From NCBI GenBank assembly GCA_963761335.1, contig CAVXGR010000015.1, positions 32,001-96,000 on the forward strand: a DNA stretch of 64,000 nt, written 5' to 3'. Made by a program: the position numbers and the translations under genes. Source of the DNA: an uncultured delta proteobacterium. GTDB lineage: Bacteria; Desulfobacterota; Binatia; HRBIN30; BPIQ01. Below, piece by piece: positions 10,067 through 19,384 of the stretch (the first letter of the stretch is position 1; every line of letters starts with the position of its first letter). A model generated the notes under the pieces. That model was not told where the DNA came from. It made no database searches and saw only the letters and a list, made by a program, of their open reading frames with translations.

Positions 10067-11464
10067 TCAAAAGAACGACTCCGCCAGTAGAAAAGCCAAA
10101 TCCTCGACGCTGCCGTAGTCCGACCGCTTCGGGCCGGCGAACAGCTGGACGCCGGCGGTGAGCTCGAGGAAGGAGTACGGGTCGTAGCGAAGCACCGGCA
10201 CCACGGCGGCGCTCTCGCCCTCCCAGTCGTACAGGGCGAAGAGCTCGGAGTGCAGCGCCGGGAAGACGTCGTACGCCAGCTCGACCCCGGTCTGGTGCCT
10301 GCCGGAAGAGAGCACCTGACTTCCGCCGAGCCTGTCGGCGGAGGCCGCGGTGACGAAGGGCCCGGCAATGCCGGCAGGCGCGCTCACGGGACGCTGGTCG
10401 GTGGCTTCGAAGAAGGGCAGCAACGGACCTGCCAGCCCTTGCCCGAAGCCGAGCGCGTTGCCGTTGTAGAGGTACTCGCCGAGAACATAGAGCCCGTTGC
10501 CGACGTCGAAGTTGCGGTCGGCGGATGCGACGACCTGCCAGAAGCCGCGCAGCGGCGTCGGGGCCGGGGCGCCGATCGGCCACACCGATCGCTCCGGCTG
10601 GGCGTAGATGGCCTCGAGGCGCACCGCCGTGTCGCCGAGGTTGCGCGCCATGTCGAAGCCGCCAGCCGGTGCATCCCGGAAGTTGCCTGCGACCAGCGAG
10701 TAGTCAGTGTTGCGGAGCACCCCGTGCAAGCGCAGGGCATACGACGAATCGCTCCAGCGATCCTGCGGCGCCACCACCCCTTCGAGGAAGGTGAAGCCGC
10801 TGATCAGCCACTTGGCGTCGAGCGCATCGACACCCGGGCTCTGATCGGCCTCGATCGCCAGGGGAGGAATGAAGTTGAACCGGTCCATCGGGCTCCACAG
10901 GCGGCCGACGCCCCACGGGATCCGCTGGCGTCCGACGATCACCTCGGCGTGCTCTCCCTCGTAGCTGAGCTGGGCGCGATAGAGCAGGTGACGCCAGGTC
11001 CCTTCGTCCGCCGCACCGCCGAAGTCGAAGTCGACGATGCGCTGATCGGCAGACACGTAGCTCGGCGAAGTCAGTCCCAGCGCCAGGCTCTGCTCCAGCG
11101 TTCGCAGCGTTCCCAGCAGCAGCTCGTGGTCGTAGACAACCGTGGCGCTCAGCGTCGGCGTCAGCCGCAGCTCCCAGTGCGTCCGCAGGCGCGTCAGGCT
11201 CTGCCAGACTCCCTGGTGCCCGACGGTCAGGAACGCCGGGCAATCGGCGAAGCCGGCGGCGCTGACGCACGTCGCCCCGGGGAGAGTGGCGGCGATGGCG
11301 TCTGCGAAGGCCTTCTCGCTGGTGCCGTGGGTGGCGACGGCGACCTCGCGGAGCGATCCCGATAGCTCCAGCGATATCTCTCCCTCTTGCCACAGCGTGC
11401 GGGCGCGAGCTTCGCCGCCGAGCAGCGCGACGGCAAGGATCACCGCGCACGGCGCGCGTCTCAC
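10067..11464 (-). CDS. Putative outer-membrane beta-barrel protein associated with ABC/LolA-like cluster
   Basis: Signal peptide ending ARA; GRQRIPWG..R.WSP.D motif; amphipathic strands; C-terminal Phe; stop/start overlap with the ABC ATPase gene. Confidence 0.65.
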   Translation of the reverse strand: MRRAPCAVILAVALLGGEARARTLWQEGEISLELSGSLREVAVATHGTSEKAFADAIAATLPGATCVSAAGFADCPAFLTVGHQGVWQSLTRLRTHWELRLTPTLSATVVYDHELLLGTLRTLEQSLALGLTSPSYVSADQRIVDFDFGGAADEGTWRHLLYRAQLSYEGEHAEVIVGRQRIPWGVGRLWSPMDRFNFIPPLAIEADQSPGVDALDAKWLISGFTFLEGVVAPQDRWSDSSYALRLHGVLRNTDYSLVAGNFRDAPAGGFDMARNLGDTAVRLEAIYAQPERSVWPIGAPAPTPLRGFWQVVASADRNFDVGNGLYVLGEYLYNGNALGFGQGLAGPLLPFFEATDQRPVSAPAGIAGPFVTAASADRLGGSQVLSSGRHQTGVELAYDVFPALHSELFALYDWEGESAAVVPVLRYDPYSFLELTAGVQLFAGPKRSDYGSVEDLAFLLAESFF

Positions 11465-12153
11465 GGCGCCGCCTTGCGCTCGTCGTTGATGACGCGGCCG
11501 TCGCGCAGGCGAATCGTGCGGCGGGCCTTGCCGATGACCAGCGCATCATGGGTCGAGAACAGAAAGGTGATGCCCCGCTCGCGGTTCAGAAGCTCCATGA
11601 GATCTAGCAGGTGACTCGCCGTATCCGAGTCGAGGTTCGCCGTCGGCTCGTCGGCGAGGACGACGCGCGGCTCGCTGGCGATGGCGCGGGCCACGGCGAC
11701 GCGCTGCTGCTGCCCGCCGCTCATCTCCATTGGCCGCTTGTCGGCCAGCTCGCCGAGGCCGACCTCCGTGAGCAGGTCCAAGGCCTTGGCGCGCCGCGCC
11801 GCTGCCGCCACGCCCTGCAGCTCCATGACGAACTCGACGTTCTCTCGCGCGCTCAGCACCGGGATCAGGTTGTACGCCTGAAACACGAAGCCGAGCTTGC
11901 GCAGCCGCAGCTCCGCTAGCTGCGACGAGCTGAGGCTCGAGAGATCCTCGCCGTCGAGGAGCACGGCTCCCGACGTGGCGGTGTCCAGGGCGCCGAAGAG
12001 GTTGAGCAAGGTCGTCTTCCCCGAGCCGCTCGGGCCCGCCAGGGCGGCAAACTCGCCGTCCTCGATGCGCAGGTCGACGTCGTCGAGCGCCACGGTCTTC
12101 ACCCCTCGTGCGTCGTAGACCTTGCGCAGATGTCGGGCTTCGAGAATCGGCAT
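11461..12153 (-). CDS. ABC transporter ATP-binding protein (LolD/MacB-type)
   Basis: [45 protein letters not shown]. Confidence 0.95.
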   Translation of the reverse strand: MPILEARHLRKVYDARGVKTVALDDVDLRIEDGEFAALAGPSGSGKTTLLNLFGALDTATSGAVLLDGEDLSSLSSSQLAELRLRKLGFVFQAYNLIPVLSARENVEFVMELQGVAAAARRAKALDLLTEVGLGELADKRPMEMSGGQQQRVAVARAIASEPRVVLADEPTANLDSDTASHLLDLMELLNRERGITFLFSTHDALVIGKARRTIRLRDGRVINDERKAAP

Positions 12154-12166
12154 GGCCCCTCCCGGC

Positions 12167-13393
12167 TCAGACGTAGCGAATGGCCTCGGCAGGTCGCAAG
12201 CGCGCCGCCCGCAGTGCCGGCCACAGGCTGGCCACGACCGCCGTGAGCATGGCGATGCCGATCGGGATCACCACATCGTAGCTGCGGATGACCGGCACGA
12301 TCCGCGTGCCGACGCCGACCGCCGTGAGCCCCGAAGCCCAGAAGCTGAGGTCGATGCCGTCGGACAGCGCCGCCACCGCGGCCACGGCGGCGCCGTAGCC
12401 CAGGCCGAGGCCGAGCGCTGTCAGAACGACCGACTCGGTGACGATCATCGCCAGCAGCCGCTGCGGGCGCATGCCGATCGCCATCAGGACACCGATCTCG
12501 CGGATGCGCTCGTAGACCGCCATGAGCAGAACGTTGGCGATGCCGAAGACCATGGCCACGAAGATCGCCGCGTAGACGTACCACCCCACGGAGTCGAATA
12601 TCTCCACCGTCTGCAGCAGCATCGGCCGCAGCTCCTCCCAGGTCTGCACCTCGACGGCGTTGCCGAGGCGGAGGCGCAGCGCCTCGCGGATCGCGGGAAT
12701 CTCGGCGCGCTCACCGGCGATCACGACGACCTCGGAGATCGCCTCGCCGAGCCCGAAGATCTGCTGGCTCTGGTCGAGCCGCATGAAGACGGTGCCGCGG
12801 TCGAACTCGAGCGACGGCGTGCGAAACTCGCCGGCGACGCGGAAGGCCTCCCCCGTCATATCGCCGGAGAGGTCCTGCACCGAGAGAACGACCTTGTCGC
12901 CGACGCCGACGTGCAGCCGGTGGGCGAGGGTTGCGCCGATCAGCAGCCGTTTCGCCGATCCGTCCGCGTCACCCAGATAGCTGCCCGCCACCACCGAGCG
13001 GGCGAGGATGGAGACGGTGGCCTCCTTGGCCGGGTCGATGCCGACGACGCGCACGCCGACGCTCGCCCGCGGCGAGAAGACCAGCCCCTCGCTGGTCACC
13101 CGCGGCGCCCAGGCCTTCACCTCCGGGAGCGAGCGCAACACCTCTTCAGTCGCGTGGCCGCCGTCCGCCAAGCGGACACGCACGACCGGATTGCGGTCGA
13201 AGCCGGGCGCGTGAACCTGCAGGTGGCCGACCTCGGTGGCGATGGCGTTCTGCACCATCTGCAGGACGAGGCCGTTGTTGATCGCCATCGACAGGACGAC
13301 ACCGGCAATGCCGACGGCCACGGCGGTGAGCACGATGGCCGTGCGCCAAGGATTGCGCCAGAGGTTGCGCCAGGCGAGGCGGAGGAAGAGCAC
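12167..13393 (-). CDS. ABC transporter permease (LolC/E, FtsX/MacB family)
   Basis: LAWRNLWRNPWRT; periplasmic domain; MAVYERIREIGVLMAIG; C-terminal P...A.R..PAEAIR. Confidence 0.9.
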   Translation of the reverse strand: MLFLRLAWRNLWRNPWRTAIVLTAVAVGIAGVVLSMAINNGLVLQMVQNAIATEVGHLQVHAPGFDRNPVVRVRLADGGHATEEVLRSLPEVKAWAPRVTSEGLVFSPRASVGVRVVGIDPAKEATVSILARSVVAGSYLGDADGSAKRLLIGATLAHRLHVGVGDKVVLSVQDLSGDMTGEAFRVAGEFRTPSLEFDRGTVFMRLDQSQQIFGLGEAISEVVVIAGERAEIPAIREALRLRLGNAVEVQTWEELRPMLLQTVEIFDSVGWYVYAAIFVAMVFGIANVLLMAVYERIREIGVLMAIGMRPQRLLAMIVTESVVLTALGLGLGYGAAVAAVAALSDGIDLSFWASGLTAVGVGTRIVPVIRSYDVVIPIGIAMLTAVVASLWPALRAARLRPAEAIRYV

Positions 13394-13394
13394 G

Positions 13395-14633
13395 TCAGAT
13401 GCTCCGCAGCGCGTCGACGGGACGCGAGCGACTGGCCTTCACGGCGGGGTAGAGCGCCGCCACCGCGGCCACCCCGAGGATGGTGATGGTCGAGCCGATT
13501 GGATTCAGGGGCTTGAGCTTCCAGGTCAGCACCGGCTCGATGCCCCAGAGCTTCATGGCGCCCGCGGCCGCACCGCTGAGGTGAACCGGATGGGCGACGA
13601 AGTACAGGACCAGCGGGATGCCGGCGGCGAGCCCGAGGAGCAGGCCGATGCCGGCGAGGAACATCGACTCGAGGTACACGAGGCGAAACATCGCGCCCGG
13701 ACGAAGACCGAGGGCGAGCACCACACCCAGCTCCCGCCGGCGTTCGAGGATTGCCATCAGGATGGTGTTCAGAATGCCAAAGCCGACGACGATGATCAGG
13801 ATGACGAGCAGCATGTACATCCCCGCATCGTCAAGGAAGATGAACTGCTGCAGCTCCGGAATGACCTGCTCCCAGGTGTGCACCTCGGCGTGCTCGCCAT
13901 GGACGCGGGCCAGCCCGTGCCTCAGGGCCGCCGCGAGCCCCGGGGCGCTGCCGGCGTTGCGCGCCAGGATGGCCACCTCGGTGACCCGATCGCCGTAGAC
14001 GAAGAAGTCCTGCGCGTCGGCGAGAGAGATGACCGCGACGGAGCGATCCAGCTCCGGCTCGGGAAGCCGCATCACCCCGGCGACGGTGAACAGGTCGTAG
14101 GCGGTCTCGAGGGAGTAGGCGACCGAGTACAGCAGCAGCTTGTCGCCGAGGTCGGCGCCGAGGTTCTCGGCGAGGCGTCCGCCGAGGACGATCTGGTGGT
14201 GGCCGTCCGGCGACACGAAGGCGCCCTCCCGCACGCGCTCGGGCAGCGTGGTGACCGTCGCCTCGCGGCGCGGGTCGACGCCGAGCACGGCGATGCCCTG
14301 GGTCGCCGAGTCCTTGGAGATGAGGGCAAAGCCGACGAGCCGCGGCGCGTAGCCGCGGATCCCCGGGGTGCGTTGCAGCAGCGCCTTCAGCGGCTGGTCG
14401 AGGCGGATGAACTGCTCCAGTGTCTGGTTCTCCAGATACCCCTTGCCCATGATGGTGACATGGCCGGAGTGCACGCGGACGGCGTCCTCGATCATCTTCT
14501 CGTGCAGGCCGGCGGCGAGGGCGACGAAGAAGACGACGAGGACGACGGCAAAGACGGTCGCGGCGACGGTGAGGGCCGTGCGGCGCGGGTTGCGCCAGAC
14601 GTTGCGCCACGCGAGCCGCACGGTGAGCGGCAC
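13395..14633 (-). CDS. ABC transporter permease (LolC/E, FtsX/MacB family)
   Basis: LAWRNVWRNPRRT; NTILMAILERRRELGV..ALG; YPA.KASR..PVDALR. Confidence 0.9.
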   Translation of the reverse strand: MPLTVRLAWRNVWRNPRRTALTVAATVFAVVLVVFFVALAAGLHEKMIEDAVRVHSGHVTIMGKGYLENQTLEQFIRLDQPLKALLQRTPGIRGYAPRLVGFALISKDSATQGIAVLGVDPRREATVTTLPERVREGAFVSPDGHHQIVLGGRLAENLGADLGDKLLLYSVAYSLETAYDLFTVAGVMRLPEPELDRSVAVISLADAQDFFVYGDRVTEVAILARNAGSAPGLAAALRHGLARVHGEHAEVHTWEQVIPELQQFIFLDDAGMYMLLVILIIVVGFGILNTILMAILERRRELGVVLALGLRPGAMFRLVYLESMFLAGIGLLLGLAAGIPLVLYFVAHPVHLSGAAAGAMKLWGIEPVLTWKLKPLNPIGSTITILGVAAVAALYPAVKASRSRPVDALRSI

Positions 14634-14634
14634 C

Positions 14635-15444
14635 TCAGTCGCTCCGCCGGAGGTTCTGGGTCGTGAAGATGCCGTCGTCGAAGTGCTGGTTGAAACGGAT
14701 GGTGTCGATCTGGATGGTCGTCTGGTAGCCCTGCTTGTCGAGCGGCGTCATCGTCCAGTGATAGGGGAAATACCGTCCCTGCACCTCGCGGATGTCGCCG
14801 AAGCGCATGGTGCGCAGGCGCACGCCCTTCTCGTCGTAGTAATCCGAGCGCAGCGGCGTGTAGTGCTCCGTCTCGATCCAGTTGATGATGCGCCCCCACA
14901 CCACCGGGGCGTTCTCGTGCGGGACGTAGTCGACGACGTAGGCGCGGAGGCCGGGAGCGTCTTCCGGATGCGGATCAATGCCGAGGAGGTGGTGATCGTA
15001 GTCTTCGAGCTGGCTCGACTCGCGCACCAGATCGTCGTTGGTGAAGTCGCTGCCCATCCACGACTGGAGCATCATCGACGGCGGGATGCGGGTGGTGCGC
15101 TCGACGCGCGGGATGTACATCCACAGATTCGGATGCAGCTTGAGAAAGCCTGTGCCGGCGTCCTTTGGCGGAGCGAGGATGCGAATGAAGGAGCGCTTCG
15201 CGGGCCGGTCGTCCCAGACGCGGAAGGCGACCGACCGCGGTGCCGGCAGCCGCGGCGAGACGATGGTCATCTTGGCTTCGATGTACGCCGTGTCGCCGCG
15301 CAGCACGTCCTCGGCGCGGCGGGCGATCTCCCGGCCTTCCGTTCCCGCGGGCGCCGGGGTCAGGTGCGCGACCCCTGCCGGCTGCGCAGCCAGCAGCGCC
15401 GCGGGAATCAGTGCCAGGATGACGGCGAGGCCCTTCCAATTCAC
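14635..15444 (-). CDS. Outer-membrane lipoprotein-sorting (LolA-like) periplasmic protein
   Basis: Signal peptide; P.KDAGTGFLK...NLWMYIP; SWMGSDFTNDDL; C-terminal FT.QNL. Confidence 0.85.
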   Translation of the reverse strand: MNWKGLAVILALIPAALLAAQPAGVAHLTPAPAGTEGREIARRAEDVLRGDTAYIEAKMTIVSPRLPAPRSVAFRVWDDRPAKRSFIRILAPPKDAGTGFLKLHPNLWMYIPRVERTTRIPPSMMLQSWMGSDFTNDDLVRESSQLEDYDHHLLGIDPHPEDAPGLRAYVVDYVPHENAPVVWGRIINWIETEHYTPLRSDYYDEKGVRLRTMRFGDIREVQGRYFPYHWTMTPLDKQGYQTTIQIDTIRFNQHFDDGIFTTQNLRRSD

Positions 15445-15584
15445 GACGATATCAACGCCCTCCTCTGCCCCTTCTCGTATCGCCGAGAGCCCGGCGCCGC
15501 AAGGTCCGCTTCCAGCCGTTTGCCATGCGCGGTGACCCGGGTGATCGGCAGTGCCTCAATTCACTTCGGGCCCGTTTGACGTCG

Positions 15585-15725
15585 CCCTCTCCCGCATTGC
15601 CTGCGGGAGAGGGGCAGGGGTGAGGGTGCCAATCTTCTTTGAAGGTACGTGGATAATGACGAGCTTTCAGTGAATAGAAAGGGGCCCCTCACCTGACCTC
15701 TCCCCGCGGAAGTGCGGGGAGAGGG
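15585..15725. repeat. ~140-bp element: paired CCCTCTCCC/CCCTCACC hairpin arms around a conserved AT-richer core (copy A)
   Basis: Aligns end to end with the reverse complement of 26795-26932. Confidence 0.8.
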
Positions 15726-15832
15726 ACCTGGTGCCCCAGCGCCGGAATCAATCGGAATCAAACTGACGCACTACCGGGTCACCGCTGTCGTTGAAATTCG
15801 TCGTCGGTTCCCGGTAACCTGCTGCCCTTCGC

Positions 15833-16966
15833 ATGGCCGATCTGGGTTGGGGATCTCTGAGCAGTCTGGCGCGGATCCGCGGGTTTCGCAGCCGCCGCCT
15901 GTCTTCGTGGGACCGGAGCGGGGGCAACTCCGACTGGCTCGGTATCGCTCCCGGAGAGACCGCCGTCCTCGGAGAGATCTCCGGCGCCGGGTGCGTGCGC
16001 CACATCTGGATGACGATGATGTCGCTGCCCGAGGAGGAGCACGAGCTGCGGCAGACGGTGCTGCGGATGTTCTGGGATGGCGAGGCGTCGCCGAGCGTCG
16101 CCGTGCCGCTGGGAGATTTCTTCGGCATCGGCTTCGGGCTGCGGCGCAACTTCGCGTCGCTGCCGCTGCAGATGAGCCCGCAGGACGGCCGCGGCTTCAA
16201 CTGCTGGTTCCCGATGCCCTTTGCGCGCGGCGCCCGCTTCGAGATCGAGAACCAGGGCAGCAGCCGGCGCATCTTTTTCTTCTATGTCGACTACGAGGAG
16301 CACGAGCAGATCGACGACGACCTGGGGCGTTTCCACGCCAGGTGGAACCGGACCAACCCGACGGCCGGAACGGCGCGGACGAGCGGCTACACGCGAGCTG
16401 ACTACCGCCTCGACGACCGCCGTCCGGTCGGTGCCGGACTGGGGATGGCGGGGCCCTGGCGGGACGCCAATCTCACCGGAGACCGGAACTACGTGATCCT
16501 CGACGTCGAGGGCAACGGGCACTACGTCGGCTGTAACCTGAACGTCGACGTGTTCACGCGACAGGTCAACGATTGGTACGGCGAGGGCGACGACATGATC
16601 TTCATCGACGGCGAGCCGTGGCCGCCGCGGCTCCATGGCACCGGCACCGAGGACTACTTCGGCACCGCCTTCTGCCCCAAGCAGGAGTACAGCGCCCCCT
16701 ATCACGGCATCACCGTGTACAGCGGCAACGAGGCGTGGCCGTGGGGCGGGAAGAACTCCATGTACCGCTTCCACGTCGAGGATCCCATCCGCTTCGAGCG
16801 CTCCATTCGCGTCACCATCGAGAGCGGCCACAACAACGCCCTCGCCAACGACTACTCGAGCACGGCGTACTGGTACCAGCTCGGGTGCAATCGCGCCTTG
16901 CCGCCGCTGCCGGCCGTCGAGCAGCGATTGCCGCGACCGGATTCTCCCGAGCTGCGCCGCGGCTAG
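15833..16966 (+). CDS. Glycoside hydrolase family 172 (DUF2961) protein
   Basis: SSWDRSGGN.D; GCVRHIWMT; VPLGDFFG; WYGEGDDMIFIDGE; GTGTEDYF; YRFHVEDPI.F. Confidence 0.9.
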   Translation: MADLGWGSLSSLARIRGFRSRRLSSWDRSGGNSDWLGIAPGETAVLGEISGAGCVRHIWMTMMSLPEEEHELRQTVLRMFWDGEASPSVAVPLGDFFGIGFGLRRNFASLPLQMSPQDGRGFNCWFPMPFARGARFEIENQGSSRRIFFFYVDYEEHEQIDDDLGRFHARWNRTNPTAGTARTSGYTRADYRLDDRRPVGAGLGMAGPWRDANLTGDRNYVILDVEGNGHYVGCNLNVDVFTRQVNDWYGEGDDMIFIDGEPWPPRLHGTGTEDYFGTAFCPKQEYSAPYHGITVYSGNEAWPWGGKNSMYRFHVEDPIRFERSIRVTIESGHNNALANDYSSTAYWYQLGCNRALPPLPAVEQRLPRPDSPELRRG

Positions 16967-16973
16967 AGTGGTC

Positions 16974-17438
16974 TCACCAGCTCGCGGCGATCTCGATGGC
17001 GGTGAAGGCGGTGACCGCGGCCAGGCAGAAGAGGTGCGCGTAGCAGATGCGGCGCGCCAGACGGCTCTGCTGCGGCACGGAGAGGTCGTCCTCACCCAGA
17101 GAGATGGCGTCGGGGAAGATGCGGGCGAGGGCGAGAGTGACAGGAACGGCGACCAGCACGGCGGCGAGCAGCCGGAGCCACAGCGGCTCGCGGCCGGCGA
17201 ACAGCTGCACGAGCAGCGCGCCGATGCCGCCGATCATCACCACGCCGATGAGGCGGTTCATCGGAAAGGCCTCGGTGGTCACGCGGCGGTAGTAGCCGCG
17301 GATCGAGGCGACCACCTCGGCGGGGAGATCGCCCCGCCGATGACGCAGGACCTGTACGTCGAACATCAGGTCCATCCACAGCACGGCGAGCAGGAAGCCG
17401 CCACAGGCGGCCAGCAGGCGGGGAACGATCGGGCTCAC
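16974..17438 (-). CDS. Conserved hypothetical membrane protein (about 4 TM)
   Basis: GFLLAVLWMDLMFDVQ plus three further hydrophobic segments; GC3-biased codons. Confidence 0.7.
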   Translation of the reverse strand: MSPIVPRLLAACGGFLLAVLWMDLMFDVQVLRHRRGDLPAEVVASIRGYYRRVTTEAFPMNRLIGVVMIGGIGALLVQLFAGREPLWLRLLAAVLVAVPVTLALARIFPDAISLGEDDLSVPQQSRLARRICYAHLFCLAAVTAFTAIEIAASW

Positions 17439-17529
17439 CCGGTGCGCATAGCGAGTTGCGCCTCGCTGTTCCAGCCGCGGCGATCCTCGGCAGGTTGAAT
17501 CAGCCGCGCGGAGGGACTATCGGCGACCA

Positions 17530-18441
17530 ATGATCATCGACGTTCACTGCCACATCTGGGAGAGGCATCTCATTCAGGCCGGCATGAAGGAGCTGCTGGA
17601 GTCGGTGGCCGCAGAGCTCCACATCCAGAGCTCGGAGAACGTCTGGAACGGCTCGATCGAACGGCTCATCCGCGACATGGACGAGGCCGGGATCGATAAG
17701 ACGGTCATCCTGCCCCTGGATTTCGAGTTTCTGCGCAGCGGCGGCGACTTCGGCTTTCGGGCCTTCAACGACCTGGCCGGCGCCTACGCGAGGAAGCATC
17801 CCGATCGCATCGTCGCCTTTGCCGGCATCGACCCGCGGCGCGGCGTTGCCGCGGTTGCCGAGCTGCGGCGCTGCGTGGAGGAGATGGGGTTTCGCGGCAT
17901 CAAGCTCTGGACCGTCACCGGGTTCTTTCCCGACGAGGAGAGCTACTACCCCCTCTACGAGGAGGCGGCCCGCTTGGGCGTGAACGTCCTCGTGCACACT
18001 GGCTACGGACCTGGCGAGAGCTATCTGAGGACCTGCCGTCCCATCCACGTGGACAAGATCGCGGTCGACTTTCGCGAGATCAATTTCATCCTGGCGCACG
18101 TCGGCTCGCCGTGGGTCGACGAGGCGCTGGCGGTCGCGCTCAAGAACCCCAACGTCTACGTGGATATCTCCGCGTGGCAGAAAGTCGCCCGAGACTTCCC
18201 GCTCGGCTTTGCGCAGGCCTTGTCGATGGCCAAGCTCATGCACGGAGGCAGCCACAAGGTGCTCTTCGGTTCCGACTGGCCCCTGTTCACCGAGATCTAC
18301 TCGCAGAAGGGTTGGGTCGATGCCGTCCGCCGCTTGGAGCACCTGCCGGCGCTCCAGATGATGGGGCTGCCGGAGATCACGGAGGAAGACAAGGCGGGAA
18401 TCCTCGGCGCCAACGCGCAGAAGGCCCTCGGCCTCGGCTGA
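17530..18441 (+). CDS. Amidohydrolase family 2 protein
   Basis: IIDVHCH; GFRGIKL; VHTG; LAHVG; NVYVDISA; VLFGSDWP; ILG.NA. Confidence 0.9.
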   Translation: MIIDVHCHIWERHLIQAGMKELLESVAAELHIQSSENVWNGSIERLIRDMDEAGIDKTVILPLDFEFLRSGGDFGFRAFNDLAGAYARKHPDRIVAFAGIDPRRGVAAVAELRRCVEEMGFRGIKLWTVTGFFPDEESYYPLYEEAARLGVNVLVHTGYGPGESYLRTCRPIHVDKIAVDFREINFILAHVGSPWVDEALAVALKNPNVYVDISAWQKVARDFPLGFAQALSMAKLMHGGSHKVLFGSDWPLFTEIYSQKGWVDAVRRLEHLPALQMMGLPEITEEDKAGILGANAQKALGLG

Positions 18442-18494
18442 CCGGCTCCCATTCCCGGTCCGCGGTTCTGCGACGACACCCAGATGGAGGAGGA

Positions 18495-19370
18495 ATGATG
18501 AACCGTTTGTCGATTCGCCGTGTTCGATACAGACGTTTGGCGGCCGTCTTCATGTCCGTGGCTTTTGCTGCGTTCGCCGGATGCAGCCGGTTGGCGAGCA
18601 AGAGTGTTCCGCAGGTGACCGGTGCTTCCGGCTCGACACTGCGCGTCGGGATCGCCGCCAACTATCCGCCACTGGCGTTCAAGGAAGACGGCAAGCTCAC
18701 CGGAGCCGAGGTCGACTTGGCGCACATGCTGGCGCGCGAGCTCGACGTCAAGGTCGAGCTGGTCGAGACTCCCTGGAAGAGCCTGATCCCCGATCTCGCC
18801 GCCGGCAAGATCGACGTCATCATGTCCGGCCTCTCGATCACACCGGAGCGGCAGAAGCTGGTGAGCTTCGCCGACTCATACGGCACCATCTCGCAGATGG
18901 CGCTCCTGCGCGCCGCGGATTACGACCGCTTGCGGGACGAGGGCGCGCGCAACTCGCCTGCCACGCGCATTGGCGCGGTCGGCGGCACCACCGGCGAGCA
19001 GTACGTGCGCAGCCACGATCCGTTGGCGCAGATCAAGACCTTCCCATCCGTCGACGACGGCGTGGAGGCGCTGCGCAGCGGTCAGATCGACGTCTTCGTG
19101 CACGACGCCCCGGCCATCTGGCGGGTCACCAGCGCGCCCGGCAGACGCGAGCGCGAGCTGAGGGGCCGCTATGTTCCGCTCACGAACGAGAAGCTGGCCT
19201 GGGCTGTCCGCAAGCAGGACGACCAGCTGCGCCGCCGCCTCAACGCCGCCTTGGCGAAGTGGGAGGCGGACGGCCAGCTCGATCTCGTCGGTGCGCGCTG
19301 GATTCCGGTGCGCAAGGTCACGGTGGCGCCGGCGCGGAACGGAGGCGATCGTCCAACGGAGAGACCGTAA
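18495..19370 (+). CDS. Amino-acid ABC transporter substrate-binding lipoprotein (SBP family 3), orphan
   Basis: RBS ggaggagg; lipobox FAGC; LRVG..ANYPPL.F; W..LIPDL..GKIDVIMSG.SITPER. Confidence 0.85.
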   Translation: MMNRLSIRRVRYRRLAAVFMSVAFAAFAGCSRLASKSVPQVTGASGSTLRVGIAANYPPLAFKEDGKLTGAEVDLAHMLARELDVKVELVETPWKSLIPDLAAGKIDVIMSGLSITPERQKLVSFADSYGTISQMALLRAADYDRLRDEGARNSPATRIGAVGGTTGEQYVRSHDPLAQIKTFPSVDDGVEALRSGQIDVFVHDAPAIWRVTSAPGRRERELRGRYVPLTNEKLAWAVRKQDDQLRRRLNAALAKWEADGQLDLVGARWIPVRKVTVAPARNGGDRPTERP

Positions 19371-19384
19371 GTCCGCGGAGAAGA

